From assembly GCA_963796685.1 (NCBI GenBank), contig CAWCMR010000025.1, positions 2,059,623 through 2,123,622 on the forward strand: a stretch of 64,000 bases of DNA, read 5' to 3'. The position numbers and the translations under genes are program-made. Positions within the stretch are counted from its first letter, which is position 1; each line of letters starts with the position of its first letter. Shown piece by piece: positions 10,040 through 21,095 of the stretch. Below the pieces are notes generated by a model that did no database searches, was not told the DNA's origin, and worked only from the letters and a program-made list of their open reading frames with translations. This DNA is from an uncultured delta proteobacterium (lineage in GTDB: Bacteria; Myxococcota_A; Polyangia; Fen-1088).

Positions 10040-12730
10040 CTAGTTCGTCTTTCCATCATCGTCGGCGCCCTCGTCGTCAACCGCCTCGTCGCTCTCCTCC
10101 CCCTCATCCACCTCGTCGTCATCGTCCGCCGTGGCCTCTTCGCCCAAGTCCTCCTCGGCCAGGGTCTGCTCCTCGGCGCGCGCGGCGGCCACCTCGGGCG
10201 AGACCTCGTGCTCGCCTTCTTCCTTGTCGGCCATGCGCTCCATGGCCACCACGACCTCGTCATCCTCCAGCCGGATCAGGCGCACCCCTTGCGTGTTGCG
10301 GCCGATCGTCGGAATGCCGTCGATGGGCATGCGGATGAGCTTGCCGCGGCTGGTGATGAGCATCAGGTCTTCGTCGTCGGTGACCATGCGCAGGCCGACC
10401 ACCTTGCCGTTGCGCTCGGTCGTCTTGATGGTGATGACGCCCTTGCCGCCGCGGTTCTTGGTCGGGTAGTCGGTCGAAACCGTGCGCTTGCCGAACCCGC
10501 GCTCGCACACCGTGAGCAGGGTGGCCGGCGTCTCGCGCGGCACGGCCGCCATGCCGATGACGAAATCGTCCTTGTCGCGCAGCCGGATCCCGCGCACGCC
10601 GGCCGCCGAGCGGCCCATGGGCCGGACGGTCTCTTCGCGGAAGCGGATGGCCCAGCCGTCGCGCGTGCCCAGCATGAGGTCGGCGCTGCCCTCGGTGATG
10701 CGCAGGCCGACCAGATCGTCGTCCTCGCCGATGGACAGCGCGATGATGCCCGAGCTGCGGATGTTCTGAAAGGCTTGCAGCGAGGTCTTCTTGATCTTGC
10801 CGCGCTTGGTGGCCATGACCACGAACGCGCCCTCCGAGAATTCGCGCACCGGCTGCAGCGCCACCACCCGCTCGCCCTCTTGCAGCGGGATGAGGTTCAC
10901 GAAGGCCTTGCCCTTGGCGGTGCGGCCGGCCTGGGGGATCTCCCAGATCTTCTTGGCGTAGACCCGGCCCTTGCTGGTGAACATCAGCATGGTGTCGTGG
11001 GTCGACGCCACGAAGAGCTGCGCCACGAAGTCTTCCTCGTGCGTGGACGCGCCCGTGATGCCGCGCCCGCCGCGCCGCTGCGGCTTGTACAGATCCTTCG
11101 GGTTGCGCTTGACGTAGCCGCCGTGGGTGACGGTGACGACCATCTCCTCCTCGGCGATCATGTCTTCGACGTCGATATCGCCCACGTCGATGTCCAGGAT
11201 CTCGGTGCGCCGTTCGTCGCCGTAGAGCTCCTTCTGCTCTTCCAGCTCGGTGACGATGACCCCGACCAGGACCTCGTCGCTGGCCAGGATCTCCTCCAGG
11301 CGGGCGATCAGCGCCGCGGTCTCGGCGATCTCCGCGTCCAGCTTGTCGCGCTCGAGCCCGGTCAGCTTGGACAGGCGCATGTTCAGGATTTCCTGGGCCT
11401 GGATGGCCGACAGGTCGAAGCTCTCCATCAGGCCGGTCTTGGCCGCCTCGGTGTCTTTTGACGATCGAATCAAATCGATGACCGCGTCGATGTGGTCGAT
11501 CGCGATCTTGAGGCCCTCCAGGATGTGCATGTGGGCCTTGGCCTTGGCCAGGTCGAACTGGGTGCGCCGGGTGACGACGTCGCGACGGTGCTGGATGAAG
11601 TACTGGAGGGCGTGCTTGAGCGACAGCGTCTGCGGCCGTCCGTCGACGATGGCCAGCATGTTGATGCCGAAGGACTCCTGCATCGGCGTCATCTTCCACA
11701 GGTTGTTCTGCACGACCTCGGGCACGGCGTCCTTCTTGAGGTCGATGACCACGCGCATGCCCTCGCGGTCCGATTCGTCGCGCACGTCGGAGATGCCGTC
11801 GATCTTCTTTTCGCGCACCAGCTCGGCGATCTTCTCGATCAGGCGCGCCTTGTTGACCTGGTACGGGATCTCGCTGGCCACGATGGACTTGCGCCCGCTC
11901 TTGGGATGCTCCTCGATGACGGTGCGGGCCCGCATGAGCAGGCTGCCGCGCCCCGAGCGGTAGGCCGCGCGAATGCCGCCGCGCCCGCAAATGAAGCCGC
12001 CGGTGGGAAAATCCGGGCCGGGAACGATGTCCAGTAGCTCGTCGACCTCGATGTCGGGGTTCTTGATGATGGCGATGGTGGCGTCGATGATCTCGCTCAG
12101 GTTGTGCGGCGGAATATTGGTGGCCATGCCGACCGCGATGCCGGAGGCGCCGTTGACCAAGAGGTTGGGCAGGCGCGTGGGCAGGACCGTGGGCTCGGTT
12201 TCCTTGTCGTCGTAGTTGGGCTGGAAGTCGACCGTGTTCTTGTCGATGTCGGCCAGTAATTCTTGGCCGATCTTCTTCATCCGACACTCGGTGTAGCGGT
12301 AAGCCGCCGCCGGATCGCCGTCGATGGAGCCGAAGTTTCCCTGCCCGTCGATGAGCGGGTAGCGCATGGAAAAGTCCTGCGCCAGGCGTACCAGGGCGTC
12401 GTAGCAGGCGCTGTCGCCGTGGGGATGGAACTTGCCCAGCACCTCGCCGACCACGCGGGCGCACTTGATGTACGGCCGGTTCCACACGTTGTTCATCTGG
12501 TGCTGGCCGAACAGGATGCGGCGGTGGACCGGCTTGAGCCCGTCGCGCACGTCGGGCAACGCGCGCGAGACGATCACGCTCATGGCGTAGTCCATGAACG
12601 ACGACTTCATCTCCTCCTCGATGGACACGGGAATGCGAATGCCGCCCGAAGAGGGCGGCACCGCGGGCGGCACCATGGGGGGTGTCGGGGGGATCGGGGG
12701 TGGAGGCGAGCTGCCGTCAGTAGGTTCCAT
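10040..12730 (-). CDS. gyrA: DNA gyrase subunit A
   Basis: [36 protein letters not shown], GyrA-box QRRGGRG, acidic tail. Confidence 0.98.
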   Translation of the reverse strand: MEPTDGSSPPPPIPPTPPMVPPAVPPSSGGIRIPVSIEEEMKSSFMDYAMSVIVSRALPDVRDGLKPVHRRILFGQHQMNNVWNRPYIKCARVVGEVLGKFHPHGDSACYDALVRLAQDFSMRYPLIDGQGNFGSIDGDPAAAYRYTECRMKKIGQELLADIDKNTVDFQPNYDDKETEPTVLPTRLPNLLVNGASGIAVGMATNIPPHNLSEIIDATIAIIKNPDIEVDELLDIVPGPDFPTGGFICGRGGIRAAYRSGRGSLLMRARTVIEEHPKSGRKSIVASEIPYQVNKARLIEKIAELVREKKIDGISDVRDESDREGMRVVIDLKKDAVPEVVQNNLWKMTPMQESFGINMLAIVDGRPQTLSLKHALQYFIQHRRDVVTRRTQFDLAKAKAHMHILEGLKIAIDHIDAVIDLIRSSKDTEAAKTGLMESFDLSAIQAQEILNMRLSKLTGLERDKLDAEIAETAALIARLEEILASDEVLVGVIVTELEEQKELYGDERRTEILDIDVGDIDVEDMIAEEEMVVTVTHGGYVKRNPKDLYKPQRRGGRGITGASTHEEDFVAQLFVASTHDTMLMFTSKGRVYAKKIWEIPQAGRTAKGKAFVNLIPLQEGERVVALQPVREFSEGAFVVMATKRGKIKKTSLQAFQNIRSSGIIALSIGEDDDLVGLRITEGSADLMLGTRDGWAIRFREETVRPMGRSAAGVRGIRLRDKDDFVIGMAAVPRETPATLLTVCERGFGKRTVSTDYPTKNRGGKGVITIKTTERNGKVVGLRMVTDDEDLMLITSRGKLIRMPIDGIPTIGRNTQGVRLIRLEDDEVVVAMERMADKEEGEHEVSPEVAAARAEEQTLAEEDLGEEATADDDDEVDEGEESDEAVDDEGADDDGKTN

Positions 12731-12763
12731 GCGGTGGCCGCGAAACCTATCAAGGAGCGCGCT

Positions 12764-13132
12764 TCAAGTCACGAGGCGCGAGCCCGTTCCGTCGACACCC
12801 GCCGTCGCGGCGGTCTTGGTAGGGGCGGGTTTCGAACCCGCCCCGGGACACTTTTCGCGATACACGTCTTTTCGGTCCCCGATCCGAATCACACAGATGA
12901 GGATCTCTTTGTCCACGATGTCGACGATGATCCTGTAGTCCCCGTGGTCGTATCGCCAGAAGTCGCCCAGCTTGGAACCCTTCAACGCCTTTCCAATGGC
13001 TCGCGGATTTTCCAGCGGCGCGATGCGCTCGTCGAGATACTTCAGGATGCGCCTTGCGATCTGGCGGTCGAAAGACTTGAGGTTTCGCTCGGCTTCGGGT
13101 GAGTAGCGTAACTGCCAGAGGGCCTTACTCAT
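12764..13132 (-). CDS. relE: RelE/StbE-family toxin with C-terminal extension through a REP
   Basis: GKALKGSKLGDFWRY..GDYRII..IRIGDRKDVYR; overlaps the upstream antitoxin. Confidence 0.88.
   Translation of the reverse strand: MSKALWQLRYSPEAERNLKSFDRQIARRILKYLDERIAPLENPRAIGKALKGSKLGDFWRYDHGDYRIIVDIVDKEILICVIRIGDRKDVYREKCPGAGSKPAPTKTAATAGVDGTGSRLVT
12819..12844 (+). repeat. GTAG-type REP
   Basis: GTAGGGGCGGGTTTCGAACCCGCCCC. Confidence 0.8.
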
Positions 13133-13355
13133 TGGCCGTCTTCAAACCGTACCGCTTCATCATGTCCTCATGCGAAATCGTTGGGGCACCGGCACGAACT
13201 TCGGCGAGGCTCTTCTCGGCGAGGTACACGTCTTCCATGTCGTCGATTCGCTCTTCGATGGCCAGGCGGGCGTAGAACGATTTCGTTCGTCCAGTGGTCT
13301 TTGCCAGGGAGGTGAGGCGTTTCTCTAGGGCTTGGGGTAGGCGTATCGCGAGCAC
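13125..13355 (-). CDS. relB: RelB/CopG ribbon-helix-helix antitoxin
   Basis: MLAIRLP..LEKRL..LAKTTGRTKSFYAR.AI RHH signature. Confidence 0.88.
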   Translation of the reverse strand: MLAIRLPQALEKRLTSLAKTTGRTKSFYARLAIEERIDDMEDVYLAEKSLAEVRAGAPTISHEDMMKRYGLKTANE

Positions 13356-13367
13356 GAGTTCGTACCT

Positions 13368-13387
13368 ATGTCATACACGTATAACAT
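13368..13387. promoter_or_regulatory. Imperfect palindrome, probable relBE operator
   Basis: ATGTCATACACGTATAACAT, 12 bp upstream of the antitoxin start. Confidence 0.55.
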
Positions 13388-13441
13388 CCTGGAATTTCCT
13401 TGCAAGGCTTGTCGCGGCAAAGAGTCCCAAGGATGGCTTTT

Positions 13442-13466
13442 GTAGGGGCGGGTTTCAAACCCGCCC
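13442..13466 (+). repeat. GTAG-type REP
   Basis: GTAGGGGCGGGTTTCAAACCCGCCC. Confidence 0.8.
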
Positions 13467-13500
13467 ACAGGTGACGCTTTACGAGAACGGAGCTCAATCG

Positions 13501-14117
13501 TCAGAAAGTAGATCTGATCCTACTCAGCCGCGTTCGGATCTCTGGCGAGTCAAGCTCGGGATGGTCTTCGAGAAGCCGGACCACGTCAGCTACATCGTGG
13601 ATCTCTTGCTCGTCCGCCTTTGGGGCCCTTCGGCTGCCGCCAACTTCAACAAAATCAAATCCGGCATCGTCGCGAGTTGAAATGAAAAGCGTCCCACGCA
13701 GGCCTTCTCGGCACGCCCTACCGCTAGAGCCATGAGAGGGTCGCTCGAGAATTGGACCGCCACCCGCTGCCTTCGAGGTGTTCCTACCGGGGCTGGGCCT
13801 CTCCAGTTTTCCGACCATTCGTGGATGCCGTCGGGACTAAATCCGGCTGCCTCGAGTTTTTGTCTTGGCAGATCGTCATGAGAGCGAAGGTCAATGTCGA
13901 GATCGGCCGTGGTACGTGGCTCCTCCGTGTAGAGCTGCATGGCAACCCCGCCGATCACGGCGTAGGGCGTTCCCGTGGATTCGAGCACGTCCACCAAGCC
14001 TGCCAACACCTTCTCTTTGTCGTCTACGGGCAACCCCATGGTTTCGCCCCAGAGATGGTCGAGGGTAAGCCCGACCGCAAAGCGATCTTCGAGCTGCTCT
14101 GCGGTGGGCCGGGGCAT
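13501..14117 (-). CDS. Nucleotidyltransferase (AbiEii/DUF6036-like); frameshift near 13602
   Basis: YAVIGGVA...PRTTADLDI and LILLKL motifs; C-terminus HDVADVVRLL.. continues in the frame of ORF 13501-13818. Confidence 0.7.
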
Positions 14118-14540
14118 AGGTAGATTGTAGCATGCGTAGAGAGGACTTCGGCGGCACCTGCCCTTCTCTCCCAGCGCAGACGCTGCGAAGCGGGGAGGGC
14201 GTTGGGCAAGGAGCGGTCCCGCCGGGCCCCATTTTCTCGCCGTCCCCGACACCTTCCCCTCCGTCGAACGCTCGGACAAGAACGTTTCTTTTCAACTTAG
14301 TGTGTTTCCCACTACATTTGCGACACGCGCTTCCGGGATCTGCGACGGTGGTGTGCGCGCGGTCATGTTTTGTCTGCTGTCAGCTCCTACCTTTACGTCC
14401 AAAATGTCGGCCACCGGGGCTAAGAAAGCGCAGTTAATGATTATTTTTCTTGCCTCTTTCGGTACTGGCCCCAAAATGTTCCGGCTGCTGCGATGCGCTC
14501 GCATTGCGGAACAACATTGGGTTTCGACGGAGGCTATTAC

Positions 14541-17500
14541 ATGACGTGTTCTAAGAACTTCGGACGGTTGCTCCAGGCCAGTTGCCTGGGGCTCATTGGC
14601 ATGCTGACGGTCGTCGGCTGCGGCGGGAGTGAAAACCCCGCTCACAACGACGCTGCTCCAAGTGATGGCGGGGGCTCGAAAGTGCCCAACCTCACCGCTA
14701 GTACGGGGACCGTAAGCGTCGGTACCGTCGACGTCGGCAAGATCTCGACGGCGGCTACGGTGGTCATCACCAACAACGGAACCGGTGCGGGCGTGGTGAC
14801 CGTGACACCATCCGGGGTCACGGCTTCCGGCTGCGCCGGAAACCTGGCAGTCAATGCACCGTGCACGCTCTCGATCACCGCGACCCCGTCGGTTGCAGGT
14901 CCGATCACGGGCAGCGTATCCGTCGTCATCGCCGGGGGCAACACCCTCACCATCGGCGTCACCGGCAACGCCGTGCCTCCGGGTAACTTTACCCTCGACA
15001 AGACCGCCATCGACCTCGGCCCGCTTGCTGTCGGCCAGGTCGCTCAGGCCACGGTCACGGTCACGGCCGGGTCGGCGTTGACCGGGCTCACGACGACCGT
15101 GCAAGGTGCGGACGTCAAGCCAGACGCCGCCTCTACATGCACTGCGACCCTTGGTGCTGGCCTGACCTGCACCGTGGTGGTCGACTTCAGCATGGCCACG
15201 GCCGGCACCCCGATCGGCGACGCGATCCTCGTTTCTCAGGGCGGCGTCACCAAGACCGTCCCCATCACAGCCACTGTCCTGGCGTTGGCCAAGCTCAGCG
15301 CCTCGCCGCTTTCGGGGGCCCTTGTGGCAGCGCCGGGCGCGACAAGCGCTCCGCTCTCCATCAATGTCGGCAACACGGGTGGTATGACGACCGGTCAGAT
15401 CGTCGTGGCGATTTCCGGCGCGAATGCGGCGGATTTCAAGATCGTCTCTGATACCTGCAGCATCGTGAACCTTGCGGGCGGCGCGACCTGCGCCGTGGCA
15501 GTGGTTTACACCCCGGCTGCCACTGCTACCTTGGCCGAAGCGGCTACCCTGACCATCACGGACAAGGGCGCGGCCGGGTCCGTGGCCACGGTCGCCCTCA
15601 GCGGCACGCCCCAGCTCCCCAGCAACCTCAAGATCACCGGCGGGCCGGACCTTGGCCAGGTGGCCCCAGGCGGCTCGGGCTCCGAGGTGGTCTTCACGGT
15701 GACCAATACCTCCACGACGGCTTCGGGCGCAGTCACCGCGACTGTCGGAAGCTCGAGCGTCACCATCTCCAGCAACACCTGCGCGACCAAGGCCACGCTG
15801 ATCCAGAACGATACCTGCACCATCGGCCTGAAGCTGACGCCTCCGAGCACCGCCCTTGCATCTAGCATTTCGACCCTTTTGACCGTCTCATCGGCCAGCG
15901 GCGACACCACGAACGTGATGGTGACCGGCACCATCCTGAGCGGCGTGGTTCTCTCGGCGACGCCCGCCTCGGTAAGCTTCGGCTCGGTTCCAGCCAATCA
16001 ACAGTCGGCTGTCAAGACCGTCACCATCACCAATGGCGGCGCTACCGCGACGAGCATCTTGAGCGCCACGCTCTCGGGAACGGGTGCGGCCCAGGTCGTT
16101 ATCACCGGGAACACCTGCACCGGCGTTCTGGCTCCGGCCGCGACCTGCACCGTCTCGGTCCAGTACAGCCCCACGGATACGACCGGCGTCAGTGGCCAGA
16201 TCACCGTCACCGACGGCGCGGCGACTGTCTCCGTCCCCATGGTGGGCACGGGTTTGGCGCCGAGCGTGTTCACGCTGGTTACTGACACCTCCGCCTTCTC
16301 AGCCTTCGGTCCGACTGTGGTCGGATACACCTCCTCGCCTCAAAGCGTGCATCTCCAGTTAGTGTCCAGCGCTACGACCGATTCCGGGGCGATCACTCTT
16401 ACCATCGGCGGCGCCAATGCAGCCGACTATGCTACGGTGCCTGCGAACACCAACTGCACCCTGCTCCAGGCCGGGCAAAACTGCGACATCACCGTGGCCT
16501 TCACGCCCGGTGCTGTCGGAGCTAGCGCGGCGACCCTCACCGTGACGGGTGCCAAGGGTGGCACGTACACGTTCGACCTCAAGGGCACCGGCCTGGCCCT
16601 GGTTCAGCTCGTCCCGCTGGGTCAGACGGCCACCACGATCGCCACGCCCTACACAGGTCTCGATTTCGGCCAGCAGCCCAATGCCACGCTAGGCAACGTC
16701 TTCGCGTATCGTGTCGTGGTCCGCGGCGCAACCAATCCTGCCGCGACCTCTACGGTGCCCAGCATCGCCATGGCACCTGGCACGCCGCCGGACTTCACCT
16801 ACGTGACAGGTACAACAGTTGGGGACGCCACTACGTGGGCGCCCGCCCCGACCAATCCGTGCAATCCCGGTCCAACCCTGACCCTCCCGGCAGACGCATC
16901 TTCATCTCCGTGGATTGTCGGTGCCAAGACGTCTACGAATCCCTCGATCGCGCCTAATGCCCCGGTTTCCACGCTGAATACCGATGAGCAGTCCACTGTT
17001 TTGTACTGGACCTGCGACTTCTACGTCCAGTTCAGCCCGACCAGTGGCAAGAGTGCGACGCCGAAGACGGCGACGCTCACCGCCACCGCCTCGGCTGGCG
17101 GGACGGCGACCCTGACCCTGACCGGCACCGCGAGCGGCCCGCTCACTATCACGCCCTCGGTGACCTTCGACCCGACTCCGCTCGGCACGAGCAGCGCCGA
17201 TGTCCAGGCAGGTAACAGGACCTTGACCGTCGTCAACAAGGCGGTTAACAGCATCAGCCAAGGGCCGCTATCGGTGGCACTGGGAGGTGCCAACGCGGCC
17301 GATTTCGCGATCGTTTCAGACGGTTGTTCCGGCCAGCCGCCGCTCGTCCCCAGTGGAGGCCACTGCGATATCGTCGTTGCCTTCACCCCGAGTGTGGCTG
17401 CTGTCGAGACAGCGACACTCACCGTGACGGCTTCGAATACGGGAGAAACTGCGCAGGCTACCCTCAAGGGTACCGGCAGCGCGTCTTCCGCCATCACCGT

Positions 17501-20183
17501 GACCCCGACCGCGGTGGCGCCTGCCGCCGTGGACTTCGGCTCGGTGGCTCAGAACAACGTCGGTGTGTGGACCAGCTTCACCGTTACCAATCCAGCGACG
17601 GGTACGGAAACCGGCCCCCTCGCCTACTCGCTTGGTAGCGAAGATCCATTCGAGCTGTACACGCCCGCGGCTGCGGGTGTCACCGCGTACCCGGCTGGCT
17701 TCTGTGGCGATCCCTCCGGCGGTGCTCAATCCACCTCGTTGGTCCCTGGCGCAACCTGCATCATTCAGGTCCGCTTTATTCCGACGCTAGTTGGTGCGGC
17801 GAGTGGCTCACTGACCGTGGGTAGCCTTGCCGCTATTCCGCTCAAGGGCATGGGGACGGCCCAGCTGGTCCTCTCCGGAAGCGCCATCACGACGGTCAAC
17901 AGCGTCCAGACCCTGGCCTTCGGCAATGTTGGCGTGGGTGCGACAGGCACGCAAACCTTCACCGTCACCAACAATGGTGCAGCCACCTCGGCAGGCAGCG
18001 TCGCGTTGACGCTATCCAACAATGCTGCCGACCCGGCGGTCTTTGCCGCAGGTCTCCCGCCCCACTTCAGTCCAGGAACCACCGGTTGTGGGTCGACTCT
18101 GGCCGGCGGTCAGAGCTGCCAGATGACCCTCATCTACACGGGCGTTGCCCTGGAGACTGTGTCCCAACAGATCGTCATCTCGAATTCAACTCCGCTCGGC
18201 ACTACGAATCCCGTCAACGCGTCGCTGGTTCTCACGGCTAAGACCGTGAATCCGGCACTGCTTGCGCTGTCCGGCTTCGACTATTACACGCCGCCTACGC
18301 CAGCTGATGGATCGGGCCAGGCGATCGACCTAGGGGCAACGCCGATTGGTACGTCCACCGGTGTGCTTACGCTGGTATTCGTCAACAACGGAGCCGTCGC
18401 TGCTACAGGGCTCCAGGCCTCATGGCCGTTCACCAATCCTCCCGGGAACACCGACTTCTCGATTGCGGCAGAAAACCAGGGGACCTGCTTCGGGATCGGT
18501 GGAACGCTCGCACCGCAGCAGACCTGCACCGTCAACGTTCGTTGCACGCCGTCGGCTCTAGGTGACCGCGTTGCCGAGCTTCAACTGAACGGCCTGGCTG
18601 CGCCCGGCCCCGTCGTCAAGCTTCACGCGACTGGGATTGCGCCCACGAACGTGTACGCCTTCGCGCAAGGCGGAAGCAACTCGTTCTACAACTTCGTCGG
18701 AGCCACAACCGCTCTGCCCGGTGCGGGGGCCAAGGCCTACTTCACGTTGGTCAATGGCACGACGAGCCCGATTCCCCTCGGAACCAGCACCACTGACTTC
18801 ACGGGTGGCTCGGGCACCACCCTCAGTGTCATCGGGGTCGCGCTTCCAACCACCGAGCCTTCTACGGACTTCGCCCTGTCGAAGCCGACAGGCGTGGCAG
18901 GCATCGCAAATCCGTGCGGGACGACGCTCAGTTCAGGCGGTCAATGCACCTTCGCGGTGACCTTCACGCCCACGTGGAACGATACCGACCATCTCTACCG
19001 ATGGGCCAACGTGACCACGTCCGTAGGGAGCGCCACTGATATCGTTGGGGTCTTTGGTCGGGTGCAGATGCCCGCCATGCTGCAGCTCAGCGCCGCGCCT
19101 TCGGTGGGGCAGGTAACTGTCACTGCGGCGACCACTAGCGTGGCCGGCTCCGTCGACTTCGGTCAAATCCTGACCGGGCAACTCTCGTCCGAGGTCTTCA
19201 CCATCACCAACATCGGTGACGTGGCCACGGCCGGAAATGTGGGGTTGAAGATGATCGGCACGGGGTCGTATGCGGTCCTTGGCACCTCGACGTGCGGAAG
19301 CTCTCCGCTCGCTCCGGGCGCAGCCGCAGCCTGCACCGTGACCGTTAACTCCCAGCTCACGTCCAGCACCGGAACTCGGACGGGTCTGTCGGTCCAAGCG
19401 GTCGACCTCGGTGTCCCAACGGCCACCGGCGAGGAGAGCCTGCAGACCTTCGACCTACAGGCCGAGGTCGTGAACCAGGCAAACCTCACGCTCAATCCCA
19501 CTGGTACGACGTTTGCGACCAGCACCCCGGCGGGCTCGACGGATGCTGAGAGGGTCACGATTACTGTGGCGAATGGAGATCCGGCGAACGATGATGCGTC
19601 GAATCGACAGAACACCACGGCGCTCATCGTCACCCTGTCGGACTCGACGAACTTCGCGGTGGACAGCGCCAGCACCTGTCTGAATCCCTCGACGCAGACG
19701 TACAAGGCACTACCGCTCACCGCGAGCGGAGTCGATAGCGAGTCCTGCACGATCATTGTCAAGTTCACTCCGCAGGCCGCTGGAGCTAAGAGCACGACCG
19801 TGTCGGTAAGCGCGACGACGGGAGGCACGCCAACCCCAGTCTCCCTGACGGGAACGGGATTGAGCACGCTGACCTCGGATGCGAGTGCCAACCCGGCCGC
19901 GCCCACGACCTTCACCATCACCCACGGTGGTAGCGGGACGACGGGTCTTCTCACAGAGTCGCTGACGGGAACCAACGCCTCCGCCTTCGTCATCAGCGAC
20001 GATCAATGCTACGGCACTTCGCTCACAGGCAATGGAGACACTTGCCAGGTTACGGTGACCTTCGTCGGCACCTGCAGCGCGACCACTGCCCAGACCGCCA
20101 CCCTCAAGGTGACGGATGGAACGGCGAACAGCACCGTGAGCATTCCGATGTCGGTTGGCGGCGCGACCGCTGGCTGCCCGTAG
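14541..20183 (+). CDS. Very large surface lipoprotein with tandem Cys-paired Ig-like (ASH / choice-of-anchor D-like) repeats
   Basis: GGAGG RBS at 14529; lipobox TVVG-C; repeated 'DFG...FTVTN.G...TC...L.PG.TC.I.V.F.P...A.LTV' units; Thr/Ala/Gly/Val-rich. Confidence 0.85.
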   Translation: MTCSKNFGRLLQASCLGLIGMLTVVGCGGSENPAHNDAAPSDGGGSKVPNLTASTGTVSVGTVDVGKISTAATVVITNNGTGAGVVTVTPSGVTASGCAGNLAVNAPCTLSITATPSVAGPITGSVSVVIAGGNTLTIGVTGNAVPPGNFTLDKTAIDLGPLAVGQVAQATVTVTAGSALTGLTTTVQGADVKPDAASTCTATLGAGLTCTVVVDFSMATAGTPIGDAILVSQGGVTKTVPITATVLALAKLSASPLSGALVAAPGATSAPLSINVGNTGGMTTGQIVVAISGANAADFKIVSDTCSIVNLAGGATCAVAVVYTPAATATLAEAATLTITDKGAAGSVATVALSGTPQLPSNLKITGGPDLGQVAPGGSGSEVVFTVTNTSTTASGAVTATVGSSSVTISSNTCATKATLIQNDTCTIGLKLTPPSTALASSISTLLTVSSASGDTTNVMVTGTILSGVVLSATPASVSFGSVPANQQSAVKTVTITNGGATATSILSATLSGTGAAQVVITGNTCTGVLAPAATCTVSVQYSPTDTTGVSGQITVTDGAATVSVPMVGTGLAPSVFTLVTDTSAFSAFGPTVVGYTSSPQSVHLQLVSSATTDSGAITLTIGGANAADYATVPANTNCTLLQAGQNCDITVAFTPGAVGASAATLTVTGAKGGTYTFDLKGTGLALVQLVPLGQTATTIATPYTGLDFGQQPNATLGNVFAYRVVVRGATNPAATSTVPSIAMAPGTPPDFTYVTGTTVGDATTWAPAPTNPCNPGPTLTLPADASSSPWIVGAKTSTNPSIAPNAPVSTLNTDEQSTVLYWTCDFYVQFSPTSGKSATPKTATLTATASAGGTATLTLTGTASGPLTITPSVTFDPTPLGTSSADVQAGNRTLTVVNKAVNSISQGPLSVALGGANAADFAIVSDGCSGQPPLVPSGGHCDIVVAFTPSVAAVETATLTVTASNTGETAQATLKGTGSASSAITVTPTAVAPAAVDFGSVAQNNVGVWTSFTVTNPATGTETGPLAYSLGSEDPFELYTPAAAGVTAYPAGFCGDPSGGAQSTSLVPGATCIIQVRFIPTLVGAASGSLTVGSLAAIPLKGMGTAQLVLSGSAITTVNSVQTLAFGNVGVGATGTQTFTVTNNGAATSAGSVALTLSNNAADPAVFAAGLPPHFSPGTTGCGSTLAGGQSCQMTLIYTGVALETVSQQIVISNSTPLGTTNPVNASLVLTAKTVNPALLALSGFDYYTPPTPADGSGQAIDLGATPIGTSTGVLTLVFVNNGAVAATGLQASWPFTNPPGNTDFSIAAENQGTCFGIGGTLAPQQTCTVNVRCTPSALGDRVAELQLNGLAAPGPVVKLHATGIAPTNVYAFAQGGSNSFYNFVGATTALPGAGAKAYFTLVNGTTSPIPLGTSTTDFTGGSGTTLSVIGVALPTTEPSTDFALSKPTGVAGIANPCGTTLSSGGQCTFAVTFTPTWNDTDHLYRWANVTTSVGSATDIVGVFGRVQMPAMLQLSAAPSVGQVTVTAATTSVAGSVDFGQILTGQLSSEVFTITNIGDVATAGNVGLKMIGTGSYAVLGTSTCGSSPLAPGAAAACTVTVNSQLTSSTGTRTGLSVQAVDLGVPTATGEESLQTFDLQAEVVNQANLTLNPTGTTFATSTPAGSTDAERVTITVANGDPANDDASNRQNTTALIVTLSDSTNFAVDSASTCLNPSTQTYKALPLTASGVDSESCTIIVKFTPQAAGAKSTTVSVSATTGGTPTPVSLTGTGLSTLTSDASANPAAPTTFTITHGGSGTTGLLTESLTGTNASAFVISDDQCYGTSLTGNGDTCQVTVTFVGTCSATTAQTATLKVTDGTANSTVSIPMSVGGATAGCP

Positions 20184-20214
20184 TCGCTAGTCGCTAGACC
20201 TAGCATCCAAAGTG

Positions 20215-20249
20215 AAACCCCGGGGCCTCGGCTCCGGGGTTTTTCTTTT
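20215..20249 (+). terminator. Rho-independent terminator
   Basis: AAACCCCGGGGC-CTCG-GCTCCGGGGTTT stem followed by TTCTTTT. Confidence 0.85.
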
Positions 20250-20336
20250 GGTGCGCCTAGGATGACCGTCGTCTTGGGGGTGGAAATTCCCCCGGAAGGA
20301 GACCATCCCAAACGAAGCCGCCGCGCCGCGCGCAGT

Positions 20337-20399
20337 GGAGGTGCCAGAGACTATTGGTCGCTGGGGAGGTGCGCAGTGGAGGTGCCAGAGACCTATTGG
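20337..20399 (+). repeat. Two copies of the GGAGGTGCCAGAGAC(C)TATTGG motif
   Basis: Copies at 20337-20357 and 20378-20399, each preceded by GCGCAGT; same motif at 24333-24410 and 25652-25673. Confidence 0.8.
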
Positions 20400-20487
20400 C
20401 GCGAGGCGTCTACATCTATGGACGGCCTAGACTAGTGCTGAGCGACAATTACATCTCCCCACGTGTGAATGTAGTTGACGTCCAGCA

Positions 20488-20623
20488 CGCGGCCAAGGTC
20501 TGCAGTCCCACCAGGTGCGCGGTGCAATCGAAGGCGGGAAGCACGAGCCCATCGCGAACCATCGCCAGTACCACCAGGGCGTTGCGTAAGTGGAAGGCCG
20601 CTTCGGCAAGGATAGAATTACAT
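20488..20623 (-). pseudogene. Middle fragment of a PIN-domain toxin gene
   Basis: CNSILAEAAFHLRNALVVLAMVRDGLVLPAFDCTAHLVGLQTLAA; joins in frame to the fragment at 24158-24332. Confidence 0.7.
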
Positions 20624-20687
20624 CCAAAAACCCCATCCGAGGGTACTTCTTCGTCCCTAAACCTCGACCGGAAATGCCACGGAAATA

Positions 20688-20759
20688 CCCAGGGTACTAC
20701 CCTTCTCTCGCAACTTTCTGCTTCCGTTTCCGAGAAGCTATGGATGACACTCGCTCGTC
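20688..20759 (+). repeat. ~70-bp direct repeat (upstream region plus first codons of a RAYT-like transposase); partner at 25690-25757
   Basis: CGCAACTTTCTGC..CCGTTTCCGA.AAGCTATG.ATGACACTC.CTCGTC; the core has only 4 mismatches in ~51 nt between copies. Confidence 0.8.
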
Positions 20760-21095
20760 GGCTCGGTACACGCCGGCGCTGGGGCGTGCAGCTATTCGGC
20801 AGCGACGGCGAAGCAACCTGATCTGCTTCCACTCGTTCGAGCGCCTTCTCGCCTGCCGCGCGGTGGGCGGGCTGGTGAATGTAACGCGAGGATGCTCGAG
20901 GACTTTCGGATGCCGGGCACATCTGGCTGTCGAGCAAACCTAGGAAGGAACCCCCGCGCGGATCGCTGCTTGCAGACGAGCGCTCGTCGGGGTCTTCGAG
21001 GGAGGAGGTGTAGGCGTGGTCGACGCCGTACGTGGCAATTCGACTTTCCGCTGCATGCTAGCAACGACATCATATTTACGGTAAATATGGTGGCT

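Noticed and set aside
14460-14490. sigma54 promoter upstream of the giant lipoprotein
   Set aside because: TGGC is present but there is no properly spaced TTGC -12 element
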